Positions 60,701 through 64,000 of a stretch of DNA of 64,000 nucleotides are shown piece after piece. The translations under genes were made by a program, and so were the position numbers. The stretch spans positions 3,757-67,756 of the forward strand of contig SXRM01000249.1 of assembly GCA_005792545.1 (NCBI GenBank), read 5' to 3'. The DNA comes from Pseudomonadota bacterium (GTDB lineage Bacteria > Myxococcota_A > UBA9042). The number at the start of each line of letters is the position of its first letter. Position 1 is the stretch's first letter. The notes below the pieces were generated by a model. It ran no database searches, was not told the origin of the DNA, and saw nothing but the letters and a program-made list of their open reading frames with translations.

Positions 60701-60910
60701 AACGTCGGTTTTGGCGGTATCTGCGGAGTCGCCGCTGCCGCTGTCGGTCGGACTGGTCTCAGCCGGGCCGCCGTCGGTGGTCACGCTCAGATCGGCGGCG
60801 CCGGTGTTGGCGTCGGCAACGGGCGCAACTGGATCGGTGCCGCACGCCGAGACGCCCAACGCGGTGGCCACTGCGAACCACGCTGCCCACCGCTTGCCTT
60901 GCTGTCGCAT
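57788..60910 (-). CDS. Cys-rich lipoprotein with three MAM/cleaved-adhesin-like domains (paralog of the downstream gene)
   Basis: Lipobox GVSA-C; same FWLWLDTE and G.FIDDL domain three times, alternating with CC-type Cys repeats. Confidence 0.84.
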   Translation of the reverse strand: MRQQGKRWAAWFAVATALGVSACGTDPVAPVADANTGAADLSVTTDGGPAETSPTDSGSGDSADTAKTDVGDGAADSDPEVAQDVADVADVADAEPETVADVPDTGPDLGPGDTGVEVGKDVPADVGGATPVPGEYNATCTSSADCVNPCVTTASTCVAGKCNFKALDKACLIEIGGGKVECVAVGGISKTKSCLACQGGVGKAVLSANTWLLPMDGPTESVVIKDVAGNGISWNYTDKKAISGGKSLWIGDPAKGTYANGKAVGATATSGDAKIPNLPGIKPKLNFWLWLDTEQTEGDDLLTVQVVSGGQPSAIWTSDAIGGSTHGAWQRIVVDLAAFADKTVQFQLVFATKDGVLNAYAGAFIDDLAVATGCCAADAECEDGNACTTDACVGEGDKLPVCKNTAKADCCVTNANCDDKKPCTLDLCSGPGGTCSHSDLPGCCMDSAGCNDNNACTDDVCPAAGGQCQHINKCCKGDGECATSDPCKKGTCNSGQCSYADTCCLFNDDCDDFNPCTTDACDKGKCVYTSATVPGCCAPQVLVSKFDGSEEGWTLTSTHPTIKWFYKDSTFTKSAPGSLKMADPAKDSSSVPFTNPVFKVTAASPAVTVLPGKETTLSFWSYHVSGNGTSYTFRVYVVIDGVENVLASFSYSSHFNVWKNTVVDLTPLGGKSVELKFEVVATTTGGTYVATGIYLDDVVVTSTCQNKKCTTSANCPTTGFGCLAGVCTDGLCTYTNSCCAGDKDCNDSNLCTADLCVTTTKKCSFTAIKGCCMGPGDCNDANACTTDVCPGPGGQCSNPGVPGCCLSSSQCDDKNACTTDNCMQNKCVNATLCCAADKDCADGETKCTTDTCVGGKCQHKPTGAAGCCEPDVWVNDFDQGALKDITISNSAGAGKGWQINASPPGGLNKSAPAVLWYGDPAKGSFDMGSTNGKATTPKIQLPAGTKSKLTMGLLMDTESGGKGSYDDMYVYLYVNGQKLTVWDKGTGVTPNKWYDISYDLSPYMGQEIQIELYFNTIDSIGNGGKGVFIDDLKVTTDCGS

Positions 60911-60953
60911 GTGCCGACCTCTCGCTGCCTGGGCGCCTGCGCCCGCCAATTCC

Positions 60954-60994
60954 CCAGCCGACGGCGACCCTTGCCCGATGGGTCGCACGGCTGG
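60954..60994 (-). promoter_or_regulatory. GC-rich stem-loop in the presumed 5' leader
   Basis: CCAGCCG/CGGCTGG and GCGACCC/GGGTCGC stems, 45-85 nt upstream of ATG 60910; no U tail. Confidence 0.35.
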
Positions 60995-61227
60995 CGAATC
61001 GCGCAATGTAGCATGCGGCCGAACGGAACGGCAAACGCGTTTTCGCTCGCCGGCGACGGCTACCGGCCGCACAGCTAGACCGTGCATGTCCGTCCGGATG
61101 TGTCCCTGATCCAAATGTCCGCTATGTGAACCGTAGGAGCGGCGAGTCGGCTGCAGAGAAGCGAGCTTGCGACCCACCCAGCCAGCCAAAGGAACCAGTC
61201 CCAGAATCATTGATTGTGCGACAGTTC

Positions 61228-63477
61228 CTACCAGCCGCAGAACGTGACGATGCGCGCGGGGAGCTTGAGCGCAAACAGGCTGCCGCTCGTCGTCGCCAGG
61301 TCGCCCACCGCGTTGGCGCACAGGCGCTGGGGCACCATGTCCTTGGTCGTCGGCAGCGCCACGGTGTCCAGGATCTCGCCCGCGGCGTTGAGGTGCAGCA
61401 GGTTGCCCGGGCCCGCCACCAACGCCTGCAGCACGGCCAGCGTGCCATCGGTCTGCGGCGCGACGTCGACCAGTTGCGCGCTAAAGGTCTTGCCGACCAG
61501 TGCCTGCGCCAGCACCTGGCCATCTGCGCCGAAGCGCGCCAGCCACGACTGGGAGACAGCGTTGTCTTTGGCCTGGGCCTGGCCGACCACGTAAACGCTG
61601 CCAGCGGGGCCGAGCACCACGGCAGCTGCGCGCGAAGCCAGGTAACCGGAGACGATCTTGGTCCACAGCAGGTTGCCGGCTTCGTCGTAGCGCACCAGCA
61701 TCGCCGCCGGGGTCTCGCCCGCACCTGCGACGGCCGTACTGCTGTAGCCCACCGCAAGCACGCCACCATCGGTCAAAGTCACCACATCCTGCGCGCGGTC
61801 GCCGAGCAGGACCGCCGAGTGCTTCTGCCAGATCGACTTGCCCGCGCCATCCAGGCGCGCCACCCACAGGTCATCGTTGGCGGCGGTGGTGCCGACGCCG
61901 CGGCGGCCGGCCAGGTACAGGCCGCCGTCGCTGCGGCGAGCGATGGCTTCGGCGCCCAAGTGGATGAGCGGGTTGGCCGTTGGCGCGCACAGTTGCTGCT
62001 CGGCGGCGGTCGTACCGTCTGCGGAAAGCTGCACGAGTAGCGCGCAGCCGGCGCCGCTGGCCTTGTCGGTTGCCGTGCCCGCCGCAACGATGTCGCCGTT
62101 GGTCGCCGTGACCGCGCCCGCCAGCGACCCGGCGTTCGCTCCAAGGGCTTTGTCCCACACCAGCGTACCGAGCATGTCGGTGCGCACGGCCCAGGCCTTG
62201 CCACCCTCTTGCTGTCCGACCAGGATCCAGCCGCCGTCGGGCAGCGCAGCCACGCCGCCCAGATTGGCGACGGCCATGCCTAGCGTCTTGTTGGCCGTGA
62301 CAGTGCCCTTCTTGCAGCCTGCGACGCACTGACCGAGCTTGCAGACTAGCCCGAGCGGTCCACAGTCCTTGCCTTTCTGCCAACTGCTGCCGAGCGCGTC
62401 GCACTGCAGGGTCCCGCTGCCGTCGCAGCCGCCGCCATTGGGTGCGCAGGTCTGGGCTACGCAGGTCTGGCTCACGCAGACCTGGCCCGGGTTGCAGGCG
62501 ATCTTGTCGTAGCCAGTGCCGTCGGACTTGCACACCAACAGCGCTCCGTCTTTGCAGGTCGCGCTGGCAGCGGCGCAGACCTTGGCGGGTTCGCACTGGC
62601 CGGCATTGCAGACAAGCCCCGTACTTGAGCAGTCCTTGACCAGGCTCTGCGCCGTGCCGTTAGCGTTGCACTGCATCACCTGCGCGCCGACGCACGCGAG
62701 CTTGCCCGCGGCACACACCACGGGTTTGCACGCCCCGTCACTGCACAGTGCTGCGGGGCCGCACGGTTGGCTGCCGTAGGCGGTGCCGCCCGCGTTGCAC
62801 ACGATGCGCACGTCGGCGTCCTGGCACTTGCCGCTGCCGGGTGCGCAGATCTTGGGCACGCAAACGCCGTCGAGGCAGCCTTGGTTGGTAGCGCAATCAG
62901 CGCCGCTGGCGCACAGCGCGCACTGGCCTGCAGCTTTGTCGCAAACCAGACCTGTCGGGCATTCCTTGGTGCTGGCGCAGGGCTGCGCCGGCGGCAGGCA
63001 GACGTGGCCCTTGCACACCATGCCCTTGGCGCAGTCGGCGGCGACCAGGCACGGCACGCACTCGCCGCTCAGCACGTCGCAAACCTGGCCCTGGCCCTGA
63101 CACTGTTTGTCGCCCTGACACGGGGTGTGAAAGAAGCACTGCCCCGCGATGCAGTCGCCCTTGGCCCCGCAGTCGGCGCTGCTCGTGCAGGCCGGCTTGG
63201 GCGCCTCGCTGTCGCCCTGCTGGTCGGCCGCCGTTGCTGCGTCCGCCGCAATGACCTCAGCGACAAGACCGTCGCCGACAGCGCTATCCGCGGCGGTCTG
63301 GACATCGTCGGGCGTAAACGCCAGGTCGCCGCCGATATCCGCTCCCGTGTTGCCAGCGCCGATGGTTGGCTTGCGCGCGGGCGGATCCTGGCAAGCCAGC
63401 AGCGCGCACGCCGCCACCAGCAAGCGTGCAAAGCCATGGGGCCGGGTCGGGCGTTCGGCGACAAGTAGCGCGGTCAT
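61228..63477 (-). CDS. Cys-rich lipoprotein with C-terminal beta-propeller-like domain
   Basis: Lipobox ALLA-C; CxxxxDC..G.VC repeats; DGG.ILVG/G.LVW blades. Confidence 0.82.
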   Translation of the reverse strand: MTALLVAERPTRPHGFARLLVAACALLACQDPPARKPTIGAGNTGADIGGDLAFTPDDVQTAADSAVGDGLVAEVIAADAATAADQQGDSEAPKPACTSSADCGAKGDCIAGQCFFHTPCQGDKQCQGQGQVCDVLSGECVPCLVAADCAKGMVCKGHVCLPPAQPCASTKECPTGLVCDKAAGQCALCASGADCATNQGCLDGVCVPKICAPGSGKCQDADVRIVCNAGGTAYGSQPCGPAALCSDGACKPVVCAAGKLACVGAQVMQCNANGTAQSLVKDCSSTGLVCNAGQCEPAKVCAAASATCKDGALLVCKSDGTGYDKIACNPGQVCVSQTCVAQTCAPNGGGCDGSGTLQCDALGSSWQKGKDCGPLGLVCKLGQCVAGCKKGTVTANKTLGMAVANLGGVAALPDGGWILVGQQEGGKAWAVRTDMLGTLVWDKALGANAGSLAGAVTATNGDIVAAGTATDKASGAGCALLVQLSADGTTAAEQQLCAPTANPLIHLGAEAIARRSDGGLYLAGRRGVGTTAANDDLWVARLDGAGKSIWQKHSAVLLGDRAQDVVTLTDGGVLAVGYSSTAVAGAGETPAAMLVRYDEAGNLLWTKIVSGYLASRAAAVVLGPAGSVYVVGQAQAKDNAVSQSWLARFGADGQVLAQALVGKTFSAQLVDVAPQTDGTLAVLQALVAGPGNLLHLNAAGEILDTVALPTTKDMVPQRLCANAVGDLATTSGSLFALKLPARIVTFCGW

Positions 63478-63597
63478 CAAGGGCCGATGGGCGCCGCGGC
63501 GCGCGGACGCTGGGTGGGCGACAAGGTATCGCCTCGGGGCAGGGCCGGCAAATTGCCGGGCGGTGCGCTTGCAACGGTCTAAAATCAAACAACGATT

Positions 63598-64000
63598 CTA
63601 CGCGGCGTTCGCCAGCGGTTGGTCGTCTGGCGCGTTCTGCTGGGCCGCCCACACCGTGGCATAGGTGCCGCCCGCCGCCACCAGATCCGCGTGTATTCCG
63701 CGCTCGACGACGCGGCCGGCGTCGGGTCCCGCCGGATCGGCCAGTACCAGGATTTCGTCGGCGTGCGCCAGCGCTGTCAGCCGGTGCGAGATGAGGATCG
63801 CCGACATGCCGTGACCGGCGATGTGCCGCCGCAACACCGCCAACAAGCGCTCTTCGGTGTCGTGGTCCACGGCGCTCAACACGTCGTCAAGCACGATCAG
63901 CCGGCCTTCTCGGTACAGGGCTCGCGCCAATTGGGTGCGTTGCCGCTGACCGCCGGACAGCAGCAGGCCCCGCTCGCCAACCACTGTGTCCAGGCCCTGC
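63598..64000 (-). CDS. ABC transporter ATP-binding protein, C-terminal part (partial)
   Basis: VGERGLLLSGGQRQR, VLDDVLSAVD and ISHRL motifs. Confidence 0.92.
   Translation of the reverse strand, partial: QGLDTVVGERGLLLSGGQRQRTQLARALYREGRLIVLDDVLSAVDHDTEERLLAVLRRHIAGHGMSAILISHRLTALAHADEILVLADPAGPDAGRVVERGIHADLVAAGGTYATVWAAQQNAPDDQPLANAA

Noticed and set aside
61020-61090. c-di-GMP-I riboswitch (GGCAAAC seen)
   Set aside because: It is on the strand opposite the downstream gene and lacks the GAAA tetraloop and GACGCAAAG elements.

Overview
GC-rich bacterial chromosomal segment. The gene content (giant Cys-rich lipoproteins, tandem ArsA-like pair, HscC plus J-protein) suggests Myxococcota or related deltaproteobacteria; this is an inference. 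About half the window encodes eight lipoprotein-type Cys-rich modular surface proteins, most carrying CDDGNPCTxDxC-like repeats and each with a different head domain. The standout is a ~3055-aa lipoprotein with a teneurin-like core, an Rhs autoproteolysis site and an Ntox33-like C-terminal toxin, followed by a coupled immunity gene. Its best ribosome-binding site and ATG are separated from the reading frame by a C11 tract, a candidate phase-variation switch. Other content: sbcCD; four toxin-antitoxin modules (VapBC, DUF4160/DUF2442 with a broken toxin, an AbiEii-type pair flanked by a duplicated J-domain 5' end, CcdAB); a decaying plasmid-like island (RloC-like ATPase, triply frameshifted AEP-type Rep, YaaC-like pseudogene); an 8.1-kb NHL/Cys-rich gene with one in-frame TGA exactly at a conserved Cys; a KamA-family radical SAM enzyme, a copper monooxygenase, an RluA-family enzyme, a CitE-like lyase and a partial ABC transporter. 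I saw no rRNA, tRNA, CRISPR array, integrase, transposase or reverse transcriptase. Family calls come from motif recognition, not database searches.
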